Of a stretch of DNA of 64,000 nucleotides, positions 50,555-59,981 are shown piece after piece. The position numbers and the translations under genes were made by a program. The notes under the pieces are model-generated. The model was not told the DNA's origin. It worked only from the letters and a program-made list of their open reading frames with translations, and did no database searches. The stretch's first letter is position 1; each line of letters opens with the position of its first letter. This stretch comes from a virus (lineage: Duplodnaviria; Heunggongvirae; Uroviricota; Caudoviricetes), in the IMG/VR virus record IMGVR_UViG_3300032007_000003, positions 32,001 through 96,000 of that record. One strand, given 5' to 3'.

Positions 50555-51142
50555 ATGATTTTAGGCTATATTGTTACGGAAAGGAAACTTACAAACATTG
50601 ATGGCTTTGTGGAGCAAGTTAATGACATTTCATTGGCAGACTCCACGAAGCCAATACTTATTGTAGGTTGGAAGAAAGCAAAGGAAGACCCAAGGTACAC
50701 ATCCATTTTGGAGAAACAGCTTGATGAAAACATATATTGGACTTTTAGTAGAACTGAAAGCCGTTCTGATTTTGAAGATGATTTAAAAATCTTCTATAAT
50801 ATAATATATAATAATATATTAAATAATATAAAATATTATTATATTAATATATTTAAGTTAAAGTATAGTAATATAAAGAAATTATATAATATAATATTAA
50901 ATTCTGAAGAAATTAAAAATATTTATTTAAATAAGAACGTATTATATATTCCGCATGAAGGTAAAATCTTTGGATTATCACTTACAGTATTGGAATATTG
51001 TGGTATACCAATGATAAAGGTTCTTGATAAGATTAAATCTAAGGGAATTAATATCATTGAGGATAACAAGAAGTTTATCTTCAAGTTATCAAAACAGCTT
51101 GGAAATAAGAAGTATGCACTTCCATACTTTATATCTAGTTAA
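50555..51142 (+). CDS. hypothetical protein
   Basis: ATG at 50555 follows the host-type promoter. Confidence 0.65.
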   Translation: MILGYIVTERKLTNIDGFVEQVNDISLADSTKPILIVGWKKAKEDPRYTSILEKQLDENIYWTFSRTESRSDFEDDLKIFYNIIYNNILNNIKYYYINIFKLKYSNIKKLYNIILNSEEIKNIYLNKNVLYIPHEGKIFGLSLTVLEYCGIPMIKVLDKIKSKGINIIEDNKKFIFKLSKQLGNKKYALPYFISS

Positions 51143-51154
51143 ATACATTTAGTA

Positions 51155-51562
51155 ATGGCAGAACATGGAATAATAATTGGAACATTTGTAAAGAAAAACA
51201 GAATTTTATCATTTATAGAAACTCTAAAAAATAGTTTTGGTATCAAGCTTGATAAATTATTTATTTATTCAATCGATACCAATAAGCGTGAATATTTGGT
51301 TACATTCAAGACTTTTGATAAAGAGAGGTTTATTAAGAATCTTGAGAATGCAACTGTTATGCACGTTAAGAATGGATGTTTATTTTCCATCAATGCCCTT
51401 AACAAGTTAATTGAAAGAGACAATGAAGGTTATGATTTACCAAACAATGAATTTGTTGTTGATTGGGATAAATATAAAAACAAACTTATAATTATAACAA
51501 ATGGTGAACTCTCCATATCTAATCTATCCAAAATAGAGGATAAGTCGTTGTTTTTCAACTAA
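51155..51562 (+). CDS. hypothetical protein
   Basis: 135-aa ORF with FSINALNKLI. Confidence 0.7.
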   Translation: MAEHGIIIGTFVKKNRILSFIETLKNSFGIKLDKLFIYSIDTNKREYLVTFKTFDKERFIKNLENATVMHVKNGCLFSINALNKLIERDNEGYDLPNNEFVVDWDKYKNKLIIITNGELSISNLSKIEDKSLFFN

Positions 51563-51594
51563 TGAGATATTTATAGTAAATAAATTCATAGAGT

Positions 51595-51840
51595 ATGGGA
51601 AAGTTTATTATAAAACACATAAACAGTATGAAACCTCAAAAGAGGTTTGTAAATAATATTGAAGAAAATAAGCAAGTTATGACTACAAGTGAAAAGATAG
51701 CTATGGCTCAAAGTGTACTTAGTGGTACAGAGGCAGCAGCACCAGTTAAGAGAGTAAAGAAGGACAAGGGTCTTATTGAGAGAACTGAGAGTTCTAAGAC
51801 CATCCTAACTGAAGACAATAAGGAACTTTTGAACGATTAA
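51595..51840 (+). CDS. hypothetical protein (late)
   Basis: follows TATTTATA at 51568; C-terminal GLIERTE..ILTEDNKELLND. Confidence 0.65.
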   Translation: MGKFIIKHINSMKPQKRFVNNIEENKQVMTTSEKIAMAQSVLSGTEAAAPVKRVKKDKGLIERTESSKTILTEDNKELLND

Positions 51841-51847
51841 TATAACA

Positions 51848-52717
51848 ATGGCAAAGACTAACGTTAAGTATCTTAAGGAAAATAATTTGTATGAGGCACA
51901 TAAACATTTTATGCGTCTCAGTGAAGCATATATACCAACATCATTCCCAGAGGAAGACTTGGAGGAAGCTGGTGAAGACCAAAACCAAGACCCTAACGCA
52001 ATGGGTGCTGACCCAATGGCTGGGGGCGACCCTAATGCAATGGGAGGTGGACAAAACCCTATGATGGGTGGTGGTGCAGACCCTATGGCTAATGGTGGTA
52101 TGCCTCAAGACCCTAGCGCAATGGGTGGAGACCCTAACGCTATGGGCAGTGGTGAAGCAGACCCTAACGCAATGGGTGCTGACCCAATGGCAGACCCAAT
52201 GGGAGGTGCAGACATGGGTGGAGAAGACCCTTTGGCTGACGCTAGTGGTGATATGAGTGAAGATGATGGTGAGACAATTGACATCGATGGTTTGACAAAA
52301 GCACAAGATAAACTTAATGTTAAGCAAAACCATATCGGAAGAGATTTGTCGAAAGTTGATACAAGAATCACATCGTTGATTGATACCATCAATAACCTTT
52401 TGTCTAAGGTTGACAGTAACAATAGTGAGATTGAGTCTTTAAAGGCTGAGTTTGAAAAGAGAAATCCAACACAAACTGAAAAACTTAATCTTCGTTCACT
52501 AGATTCGTATCCATTTAATATCAAGCCAAATGAGTATTGGGATGAAAAGGCAAAGCAAGGTGGATATGAGGCATACTCAGACAATGCAGAACCTACAACC
52601 AAGGAATATACAATCACCAACGATGATGTAGATAACCCATCTGATGACATCGCAAAGACATTCTTCAAGATTGACGATGATGATGTCCAGACACTTGATA
52701 AATTGTTCAATTTCTAA
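51848..52717 (+). CDS. acidic protein with DPNAMG repeats and a coiled coil, probably head-associated
   Basis: DP(N/M)AMG repeats and LRSLDSYPFN. Confidence 0.65.
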   Translation: MAKTNVKYLKENNLYEAHKHFMRLSEAYIPTSFPEEDLEEAGEDQNQDPNAMGADPMAGGDPNAMGGGQNPMMGGGADPMANGGMPQDPSAMGGDPNAMGSGEADPNAMGADPMADPMGGADMGGEDPLADASGDMSEDDGETIDIDGLTKAQDKLNVKQNHIGRDLSKVDTRITSLIDTINNLLSKVDSNNSEIESLKAEFEKRNPTQTEKLNLRSLDSYPFNIKPNEYWDEKAKQGGYEAYSDNAEPTTKEYTITNDDVDNPSDDIAKTFFKIDDDDVQTLDKLFNF

Positions 52718-52962
52718 TGAAGACGATTAATTTAAAAGAGGAAGCATATAAAAAGCTAATCAAAGAAATTGGATATGGTAATGATGATTTATCAAACTTA
52801 TTCAATGAGATTGGATATAGTATTGATGATGCAATTCAAGTTGTTAGAGACCATATGATAATGTGCAATAGATTGGGACAAGAACCAAACAGCATTGTTA
52901 TACAGATAAATGAGCACCTTAATGCCATTAAAAACCTAGTTGAATCTTCTAACGCAATTTAA
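52717..52962 (+). CDS. small protein with a cargo-type leader
   Basis: MKTINLKEEAYKKLIKE. Confidence 0.6.
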   Translation: MKTINLKEEAYKKLIKEIGYGNDDLSNLFNEIGYSIDDAIQVVRDHMIMCNRLGQEPNSIVIQINEHLNAIKNLVESSNAI

Positions 52963-53005
52963 ATATATTTTTCCACCAATTATCTGGAAAATAGTTGGTG
53001 GGAAA

Positions 53006-53037
53006 TTTGTTTTTTTCAAAATTTTTTTATATCTTTG
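53006..53037 (+). promoter_or_regulatory. Bacteroidota sigma-A-type promoter
   Basis: TTTG(53006)-N20-TATCTTTG(53030) upstream of the SSB gene. Confidence 0.7.
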
Positions 53038-53102
53038 CAATATATTTTAAGCATGTGTTTAGGCATGCATTTTAAATAATTTTTTTAATAACAATTTAAT
53101 TT

Positions 53103-54098
53103 ATGAGTAACAAAAATTTTAGCGTTAACATTGATGATGACGCAGTAAAGAATCAGTATGAACAAGAACAGAAACAACCTGTTAAGAAAACTCAGTTTGA
53201 CACTAAGAATTATTTGCAAGCTAGACTTGCGTCAAACGAAGACACAAAGACACTTACAATCAGACTGTTGCCATTCTCCCCAGAAGGTGGTAGTCCATTC
53301 AAGAAAGTTTTTATGCATACCGTCAAGGTAAATAAGGAGGTTTCACCTAGTGGGTGGAAGACTTTCGTGTGCCCTACACACAACAAGAAAGATGGCTCTG
53401 TAATGGGTGATAAATGCCCATTCTGTGAGACATCTGCAAAGGCACGTGAGCTTAAGTCCAAGTCACTTGATGAACCTACAAAGAAGAAGTACGGTGATGT
53501 TGAATTCCTTAATCGTGTTAAGGAAATGTGGATTGTGCGCTGTATCGAGCGTGACCACGAGGAAGATGGAGTTAAGTTTTGGCTCTTCAACAGCTCAAAG
53601 AAGAAGGATGGAGTCTATGACAAGATTATGAACTTGGCAAAGATTCGTTCTGAGGCAGCAGCAAAGAAGGGAAATACCTACAGCATCTTCGACCTTAACA
53701 ATGGACTTGATTTGGTTGTAACCCTATCAAGAACCTCAGACAATAAGACAGCAGTTCAGATTATTGATGCTGGTCTTCCTTCACCACTTTCAGAGGATTT
53801 CGACCTTGGCGAGAAGTGGATTCACGACAGCAAGAGGTGGGATGAGGTATATACCGTTAAGCCTTATGAATACATGGCAATCATCGCAATGGGTGGTGTT
53901 CCAGTATTTAGCAAGGAAGAGAATAAATATGTTGACAAAGAAGAGCTTGACAAACTTAAGGAGGAAGCTGAGAAACAGAGAATTGATGAAGCTCTAACAG
54001 AACCAACAAAGGATTTCTCTGATATAGCAGAATCTAGCGGTGTAAATATAATTGACGGTAATGATGTCAAAGATGACGATGATGATTTACCATTTTAG
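53103..54098 (+). CDS. single-stranded DNA-binding protein (T4 gp32-like)
   Basis: IRLLP, H..CP...CPFCE Zn motif, acidic DDDDDLPF tail. Confidence 0.85.
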   Translation: MSNKNFSVNIDDDAVKNQYEQEQKQPVKKTQFDTKNYLQARLASNEDTKTLTIRLLPFSPEGGSPFKKVFMHTVKVNKEVSPSGWKTFVCPTHNKKDGSVMGDKCPFCETSAKARELKSKSLDEPTKKKYGDVEFLNRVKEMWIVRCIERDHEEDGVKFWLFNSSKKKDGVYDKIMNLAKIRSEAAAKKGNTYSIFDLNNGLDLVVTLSRTSDNKTAVQIIDAGLPSPLSEDFDLGEKWIHDSKRWDEVYTVKPYEYMAIIAMGGVPVFSKEENKYVDKEELDKLKEEAEKQRIDEALTEPTKDFSDIAESSGVNIIDGNDVKDDDDDLPF

Positions 54099-54118
54099 TA
54101 GGCAATGTTACAATTAAT

Positions 54119-54745
54119 ATGAATAAACTCTTTTATTATTATGGCTCAATGGCTTCAGCTAAGACGCTGAGGCTATTGAGTACAGCTTACAATTTTGAGG
54201 AAAAAGGTGTGCAGATAATGGTACTTAAACCATCATTAGATACTAGGGATGGAGAAGGTCTTATTCGTTCTCGTGCTGGTCTTGAACGCAAATGTATAAT
54301 GATTGATAAGGATATCAACTTATATAAAGCTATCAAAGCATATAAAAACGTATTGAATGCACAATTTGAAACGCTTAAATGGGTCTTAATAGATGAATGT
54401 CAATTCCTTACTGAAGAACAAGTAGAACAACTTTCAGATGTTGTAGATTTTTTAGGTATCAATGTGATGTGTTTTGGTCTTAGAACAGATTTTCAATCTA
54501 GACTATTTCCAGGTTCCAAACGGCTTTTTGAACTTGCAGACGATATAGAGGAAATAAAGTCAACTTGTGAATGTGGCGATAGGAAGACCTCAATTAATGC
54601 TAGATTCGATGAAAATGGTGAGATTATTACTGAGGGTAGCCAAGTTATGATTGGTGGAAATGAGAAATATAGAGCCATTTGTAGAAAGTGTTGGAAGGAT
54701 AAGGTTAGAGATAAATTATTGAAAGAAAATGAGATTGAAACGTGA
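54119..54745 (+). CDS. tdk: thymidine kinase
   Basis: YGSMASAKT, DTRDG, LIDECQFL, GLRTDF, C.CG, Y.AICRKCW. Confidence 0.95.
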   Translation: MNKLFYYYGSMASAKTLRLLSTAYNFEEKGVQIMVLKPSLDTRDGEGLIRSRAGLERKCIMIDKDINLYKAIKAYKNVLNAQFETLKWVLIDECQFLTEEQVEQLSDVVDFLGINVMCFGLRTDFQSRLFPGSKRLFELADDIEEIKSTCECGDRKTSINARFDENGEIITEGSQVMIGGNEKYRAICRKCWKDKVRDKLLKENEIET

Positions 54746-54938
54746 TTATAAAATCGGAACACCAATTTGTTTCAAATGGTATTATGATTGGAAAGATGAA
54801 TATGAAAATCCAAATAGATTTGAGATTATAGAAGGTGTTGTAGATTCGAATACATTTTTAAATGACGTTATAGTTTTTAATAGAAAGGAAAATAAGTATT
54901 ATTCAGTCCCAACTGAAAATATTGTTAAAGAATTTTAA
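54729..54938 (+). CDS. hypothetical protein
   Basis: 69-aa ORF packed between tdk and the recombinase gene. Confidence 0.55.
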   Translation: MRLKRDYKIGTPICFKWYYDWKDEYENPNRFEIIEGVVDSNTFLNDVIVFNRKENKYYSVPTENIVKEF

Positions 54939-54941
54939 GTT

Positions 54942-56132
54942 ATGAAGCAACCAATTAAGAAAAAAGAATTTAAGAAGCCAAGTATTGCTAGTTTTAAGGA
55001 AAAATATGGTTTAACAATGAAATCAGATAAGGATTTGGTAAAGTCTGTTGCTGATAAACCAACAGATTTCATTCCACTTCCAGAGGCATTTGCTGATGCA
55101 ATTAAACTTCCAGGTATACCAAAGGGTTATCTTACAATTGTAACTGGATGGTCAAACACTGGTAAGTCAACCATTAAAAATTGTCTTATTGCAAGTTGTA
55201 TTAACAATGGGATTATTCCAGTTATATATGAAACAGAGAATAACTTCGACTTCCAATATGCAATTGATTGTGGTATGAAAGCAACACCTATATATGGTGA
55301 TGTTGAGGTCGAAGATATTGATACAGAAACTGGAGAAATTACTTATCATACTGAAAATAGAATCATTAATTACGATGGTGAATTTATGTATTTCGACAAT
55401 AAGATTCTAGCTGAAATGTATGGAAACCGTGATTATTCAACTGGTAAGGAGTGTAAGACAAAGCGTAAGGAAGCAGTTCTTGAAGATATTGCTTATTCAA
55501 TTAACGACTTGCTAGATGCCCAAGAAAGAGGTGAGATTAATCAGCCACTATGTTTTATTTGGGACTCAATTGGTTCTATACAGTCATTTAAATCTCTTGA
55601 GAGTAAGAGTGGCAATAACATGTTCGATGCTGGTGCTATTTCTCAATCATTCAGTAATATTATTAACAATAGAATACCATCTTCAAAGAAGGTTAGTGAA
55701 GAGTTTACAAATACATTCTTCTGTGTTAATAAGATTTGGAATGATTCAATGAATTCAATGGGTGGTGTTCCATCGATTGAGCTTAAGGGCGGTAAGACAT
55801 TCTTCTATGGTGCTAGATTGATAATTCACTTGGGCGGTATTGGTAAGGCATCTACAAAGAAGCTTGATGCGACTGCAAAGGGTAGTAAATATCAATATGG
55901 TATTACAACAAAAATTAGAACAACAAAGAATCAGTTGCCGACCCCTTGGAATGTAACATATGAAGGTGAAATGTCATGCGTGCATAATGGTTTATTAAAT
56001 CCAAAGACTTTAGAGGAATACAAGAAAACTTATATGAAGGACATTCTCGCAAAGATTGAAGAAACAAGTGGTAAGAAACTTGACATCACAGAAGATGATG
56101 TGCAATTTACTGAAGAAGATTCTGATGAGTAA
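54942..56132 (+). CDS. RecA/UvsX-like recombinase
   Basis: GWSNTGKST Walker A, YETE, FIWDSIGS Walker B, KGGKTF, KNQ. Confidence 0.85.
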   Translation: MKQPIKKKEFKKPSIASFKEKYGLTMKSDKDLVKSVADKPTDFIPLPEAFADAIKLPGIPKGYLTIVTGWSNTGKSTIKNCLIASCINNGIIPVIYETENNFDFQYAIDCGMKATPIYGDVEVEDIDTETGEITYHTENRIINYDGEFMYFDNKILAEMYGNRDYSTGKECKTKRKEAVLEDIAYSINDLLDAQERGEINQPLCFIWDSIGSIQSFKSLESKSGNNMFDAGAISQSFSNIINNRIPSSKKVSEEFTNTFFCVNKIWNDSMNSMGGVPSIELKGGKTFFYGARLIIHLGGIGKASTKKLDATAKGSKYQYGITTKIRTTKNQLPTPWNVTYEGEMSCVHNGLLNPKTLEEYKKTYMKDILAKIEETSGKKLDITEDDVQFTEEDSDE

Positions 56133-56284
56133 TGAGTTTTGATTACAATTTTAGATTTGATTTTCCAATTAAGGATAATCTTATCATGGATACATCATTT
56201 GATGGAGCTTTCCTATTGATTAGATATAATAATGGGGAAGTAATAAGGCTTAATGTAACAGATTTGGTAGGGTATGAAGCTTGA
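56132..56284 (+). CDS. small hypothetical protein (50 aa)
   Basis: ATG overlaps the upstream TAA; MSFDYNFRFDFPIKD... Confidence 0.45.
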   Translation: MSFDYNFRFDFPIKDNLIMDTSFDGAFLLIRYNNGEVIRLNVTDLVGYEA

Positions 56285-56429
56285 ACATGTGATAAAGAAA
56301 GTCTATGAGCCTATACATAGAGGTGGATGGGAATTTACATTTACACCACCACAATGGGTTATAGATTGGTTGGTAGATAGAGAGAATGGAAAACATAAGG
56401 CATTTATTGAAACCGTAGAATACATATAA
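56274..56429 (+). CDS. small hypothetical protein (51 aa)
   Basis: MKLEHVIKKVYEPIHRGGWEF..., followed by a hairpin. Confidence 0.5.
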   Translation: MKLEHVIKKVYEPIHRGGWEFTFTPPQWVIDWLVDRENGKHKAFIETVEYI

Positions 56430-56462
56430 AGAATGGGAGGACTGAAAAAGTCTTCCTATTTT

Positions 56463-56494
56463 TTTGGAATTTTAACAAATTTTCTATATATTTG
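56463..56494 (+). promoter_or_regulatory. Bacteroidota sigma-A-type promoter
   Basis: TTTG(56463)-N20-TATATTTG(56487). Confidence 0.65.
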
Positions 56495-56511
56495 CAAAAA
56501 GGTGTTAAAGT

Positions 56512-56811
56512 ATGTTACGTGAATACAAAGGAGAAATGTATAGAAAGTTTGCCTTAAAGCTTAAAAAAGAAGGGCTTTGGCAAAAGTTCACTATCCTCGA
56601 ATATTATTTTAGATTCTATACTAATCCAAGTAATAGTTTATTGGAGCTATACAAATATATTAAGAATGAGAATAATATCGAAATACTCCCATTGAGGTGG
56701 TTTAGAGGGTGTGAAAAGGGTAGATATGGTACATATTTGGATAATATGTTAATTTCAGATAATGATGAAACAGTATTATTAAGTGATTTTTTTAAACATT
56801 ATAAAGTATAA
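56512..56811 (+). CDS. hypothetical protein
   Basis: 99-aa ORF. Confidence 0.6.
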   Translation: MLREYKGEMYRKFALKLKKEGLWQKFTILEYYFRFYTNPSNSLLELYKYIKNENNIEILPLRWFRGCEKGRYGTYLDNMLISDNDETVLLSDFFKHYKV

Positions 56812-56814
56812 AAT

Positions 56815-57378
56815 ATGACAGACGAGCAAAGAGAAAAAAACCTAGAGCTTTATGTAAAGAAACTAGGACAAGTTGGTGTCGATACAAGTATTTTGGTTGA
56901 CAAGTATGGGGAACTTTTAAAGAATGGTTCTTTCACACAAACAAATGAGTTTGGAAACGCTTATAATGGTTCACTGCTTGAGATTATTTTAAAGGTTGTT
57001 ACACCTTATGCAGTGAAATTGAATGAGTTACTTCCAGAGGAAAAAAGGGTTGATAAACCTACTCTCGTAAAGGTATGCCTTTTGCATCAGATTGCAAAGG
57101 CAGTCAGATTAATTCCAAATGATAATCAGTGGGAGGTTGAGAAACGTGGATTTATCTACAAATATGATAATGATTTACCTTCCATTCGTACTGGATTACA
57201 TTCCATTTCAATGTGCTTTGAGTGTGGAATACCTTTAACAACTGAAGAGATTGAAGCAATGACAGTTAATGATAGGGATTTATCAGATGACCAAGCACGT
57301 TGGCATTCAAGTATCATGGCTACAATCGTAAGACAAGCTAGCGAACTAACATACCTACAAATTAATGATAAGAAATGA
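56815..57378 (+). CDS. HD-domain-like protein with degenerate metal ligands
   Basis: AYNGSLL...CLLHQIAK...LTTEEIEAM pattern of phage HD proteins, with HD changed to HQ. Confidence 0.55.
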   Translation: MTDEQREKNLELYVKKLGQVGVDTSILVDKYGELLKNGSFTQTNEFGNAYNGSLLEIILKVVTPYAVKLNELLPEEKRVDKPTLVKVCLLHQIAKAVRLIPNDNQWEVEKRGFIYKYDNDLPSIRTGLHSISMCFECGIPLTTEEIEAMTVNDRDLSDDQARWHSSIMATIVRQASELTYLQINDKK

Positions 57379-57983
57379 CAGATGTACAAGTTTTTAAATG
57401 GTTTTGTAAAGAACAAGGAATAATGGCTAATATAAGGGGAATGTATTATGTATGTTCCCCTAAGAGATATAGTTCAAGGATTAGGGATAATGGCATGATT
57501 AAACTAACATTTGAACAATGGATTCATGAAATAATTGCAACTCGTGGTTTTAAAGGGATATTGGCTAGACTCGTTGAATCTTACAACTGTAATTCAGCTT
57601 ATAATAGATATGATAAAAATGCAGTTATAATAGATGGTTTGGTTACGGACAATTTTAAAAAAGCAATGAAACACTGGAATTATTTTGTTTCAAATAATCT
57701 AATGTTGGATGAAAGGTGTTTAAAGGTAGGTGACATTGTATCTTATAAAAATCCATTTCTTTGGAATGAAGAAACAACTGAAAAAATTATAATTGATGAT
57801 ATCAATATCAAAGATGGATATGTAAGTGGTCATCTTCTAGGCACAGTAGGAGAAGATTGGAAAGATAAGAGAGATTTTATGACTCTTAATTCTTTGAGGA
57901 AAACGGATAATCTTAAGGAAGAACTTGAAATGAGTTATAGTGTTAAAAGAAACAGGAGGATTTATAATGGGGCTAATAAATGA
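57375..57983 (+). CDS. hypothetical protein
   Basis: 202-aa ORF. Confidence 0.6.
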   Translation: MTDVQVFKWFCKEQGIMANIRGMYYVCSPKRYSSRIRDNGMIKLTFEQWIHEIIATRGFKGILARLVESYNCNSAYNRYDKNAVIIDGLVTDNFKKAMKHWNYFVSNNLMLDERCLKVGDIVSYKNPFLWNEETTEKIIIDDINIKDGYVSGHLLGTVGEDWKDKRDFMTLNSLRKTDNLKEELEMSYSVKRNRRIYNGANK

Positions 57984-58791
57984 GAAAGTATGTTATACGT
58001 ATGAAGACCTAACAATTAAACCATGTGTTGTTAGTAATATAAACCATCGTATAGAATGTAATCCTTATGATGAGAAAGATATGCTACCATTATTTACAGC
58101 ACCAATGGACACTGTTGTGGATGAGGATAATGTTAACTTATTTGAAATGAATAAGATTAATGCAATATTGCCTAGAATAGAACAATATCCGATTGACGTA
58201 AGAGTTAAGTATGCTACTGGAGGAAAATGGGCGGCATTTTCTCTTGATGAGTTTATACATTATTTCTGTACACCTGTAATTCCAATGTTTAAGGGTTATC
58301 CAATGAGGGCTTTAATTGATGTTGCAAATGGACACATGCAAAGACTGTTTGATGCTGCTAAGAAAGCAAAATCAATATGGGGTAATAACTTAATACTTAT
58401 GGGTGGAAATATTGCCAATGAAGAAACATATGAGCTTTATGCAGAGAGTGGCTTCGATTATGTCAGAATAGGAATTGGTGGAGGCTGTTTTGTTGGCAAT
58501 ACTAATATAACTTTGAGTGATAACACCAAAAAATATATAAAAGATGTTCAAGTTGGTGATAAAGTAAAAACTATTAATGGTAATTATGATGTTGTTGGGA
58601 AAAAAGAAGAAAAAACAAATACACTAGTTAAAATAAATGATTCAGTTACTTGTACTCCAAATCATAAGTTTTTAGTTATAAATAAAGATGATATAGAAAA
58701 AGTAAATGAAAATAATATTGGAGAATATTCTTATTATGTTGAAGCTAAAAAATTAGATAAGAATAAACAGTTATTGGTCAAAATGTTATAG
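57967..58791 (+). CDS. guaC: GMP reductase/IMPDH N-terminal half fused to split intein N-fragment
   Basis: PLFTAPMDTV, IDVANGH, GGNIA, RIGIGGG, then intein block A CFVGNT and block B CTPNHKF. Confidence 0.88.
   Translation: MGLINEKVCYTYEDLTIKPCVVSNINHRIECNPYDEKDMLPLFTAPMDTVVDEDNVNLFEMNKINAILPRIEQYPIDVRVKYATGGKWAAFSLDEFIHYFCTPVIPMFKGYPMRALIDVANGHMQRLFDAAKKAKSIWGNNLILMGGNIANEETYELYAESGFDYVRIGIGGGCFVGNTNITLSDNTKKYIKDVQVGDKVKTINGNYDVVGKKEEKTNTLVKINDSVTCTPNHKFLVINKDDIEKVNENNIGEYSYYVEAKKLDKNKQLLVKML
58486..58788 (+). mobile_element. split intein N-fragment (IntN, 101 aa)
   Basis: Cys1 CF..., IKDVQVGDKV, TPNH, ending at a stop codon. Confidence 0.88.
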
Positions 58792-58842
58792 TAATGTTAA
58801 ACATTTTTATCCTATCCTAATATTTATATTAAAAGGAATATT

Positions 58843-59874
58843 ATGGAAAAATTAGTTTGTAAAATTTGCGGAAAAGAATTTGAGTATGAGAAACTCAGAT
58901 ACTGTAGAGCACAGTTAAATAGACATTTGAAAATAGAACATAAAATTAGTGTTGAAGATTATTTGGTTAAGTATGAATTAAATGGTGTTCATCCTAAGTG
59001 TTTATGTGGTTGTGGTGAAAATGTGTCTTTGGATAAAAATTGGAAATGGCATAAATATGCAAAAGATTCACACGTTGGAAGAGTTTTTAATGAAGATGCA
59101 AGAAGGGTTAAAGAAGAAATGATAAAAGCTAGGAAAGTTGTATTCGATATACAAGAATATTACAAATCTAAATATGATATGGAATTAGCTAGAAATTCTG
59201 CGAGAGATTTTTTAACTAAAACATATTCATTATCTGAACTTTCTGAGAAATATAACTTAGATAAAAGGACTCTAAAACGAATGTGGATTGAACTTAATTT
59301 AATTAGTGGTGAGGAATATGCAAAAATTACATCATATTTGAAATATACATTATCATCAAAAAAAAGAAACGAAGATAATTTAGAAGAAGATAATTGTTAT
59401 CGTTACATTTATACCCTTTTGAAAGAAAATCCACAAAAATACAATATTAGAACTGCTATTAAAGAATACAATAATAAAGATGAATATAAAATTAACACAG
59501 ACCCTTGGGTGTTTTATTGCCAAATGAAAAAAATGTATGGTGATGAAATAGATTTATATTCTAATAAAGGTTATCATAGCAAAGAAGAATATGAATTTTT
59601 AACTGTTCTACAGTTTTTCTTTAATAGCCATAAAATTAATTTAGGATATAAAATAGGGGGTAAAAGATATGAATATATTTATGATTTCTGTATAGATGAT
59701 AAATTATTAATTGAATACGATTCTAATGGTAAATTTCATTTGGATGAAAATTTAGATAGGGATAAAGACAAAGAAAAATATGCATTAGAAAATGGTTTTA
59801 AGTTTATCAGATTAGATTTTGAAAGTAGTAGAGATATTAATGTTTTAAAGGAAATAGAAAAATGTTTGAATTGA
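58843..59874 (+). CDS. free-standing homing endonuclease (Zn-finger N-terminus, Vsr/DUF559-like C-terminus) between the intein halves
   Basis: CKICG...HLKIEH, CLCGCG, SKEE, YDFCI...IEYDS..FH...D..K..A..NGF..IR. Confidence 0.8.
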   Translation: MEKLVCKICGKEFEYEKLRYCRAQLNRHLKIEHKISVEDYLVKYELNGVHPKCLCGCGENVSLDKNWKWHKYAKDSHVGRVFNEDARRVKEEMIKARKVVFDIQEYYKSKYDMELARNSARDFLTKTYSLSELSEKYNLDKRTLKRMWIELNLISGEEYAKITSYLKYTLSSKKRNEDNLEEDNCYRYIYTLLKENPQKYNIRTAIKEYNNKDEYKINTDPWVFYCQMKKMYGDEIDLYSNKGYHSKEEYEFLTVLQFFFNSHKINLGYKIGGKRYEYIYDFCIDDKLLIEYDSNGKFHLDENLDRDKDKEKYALENGFKFIRLDFESSRDINVLKEIEKCLN

Positions 59875-59981
59875 TTGAAATTGAAAAAATAGAAATATAT
59901 GAATGCGAAGAAACAAAAGTATATGATTTAGAGGTTGAAGATGAACATTCATATATTGCAAATGATTTTGTTGTTCATAAT
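59862..59981 (+). mobile_element. split intein C-fragment (IntC, 40 aa)
   Basis: blocks F and G ending in HN, followed by Cys+1. Confidence 0.88.

Noticed and set aside
50790-50950. Extremely AT-rich stretch as a possible replication origin
   Set aside because: It lies within an open Ile/Asn/Tyr/Lys-rich reading frame and shows no iterons
58789-59861. Group I intron or a single contiguous intein interrupting the GMPR/IMPDH gene
   Set aside because: IntN ends in TAG TAA, the nuclease has its own start and promoter motif, IntC starts in a different frame, and there is no room for a ribozyme core
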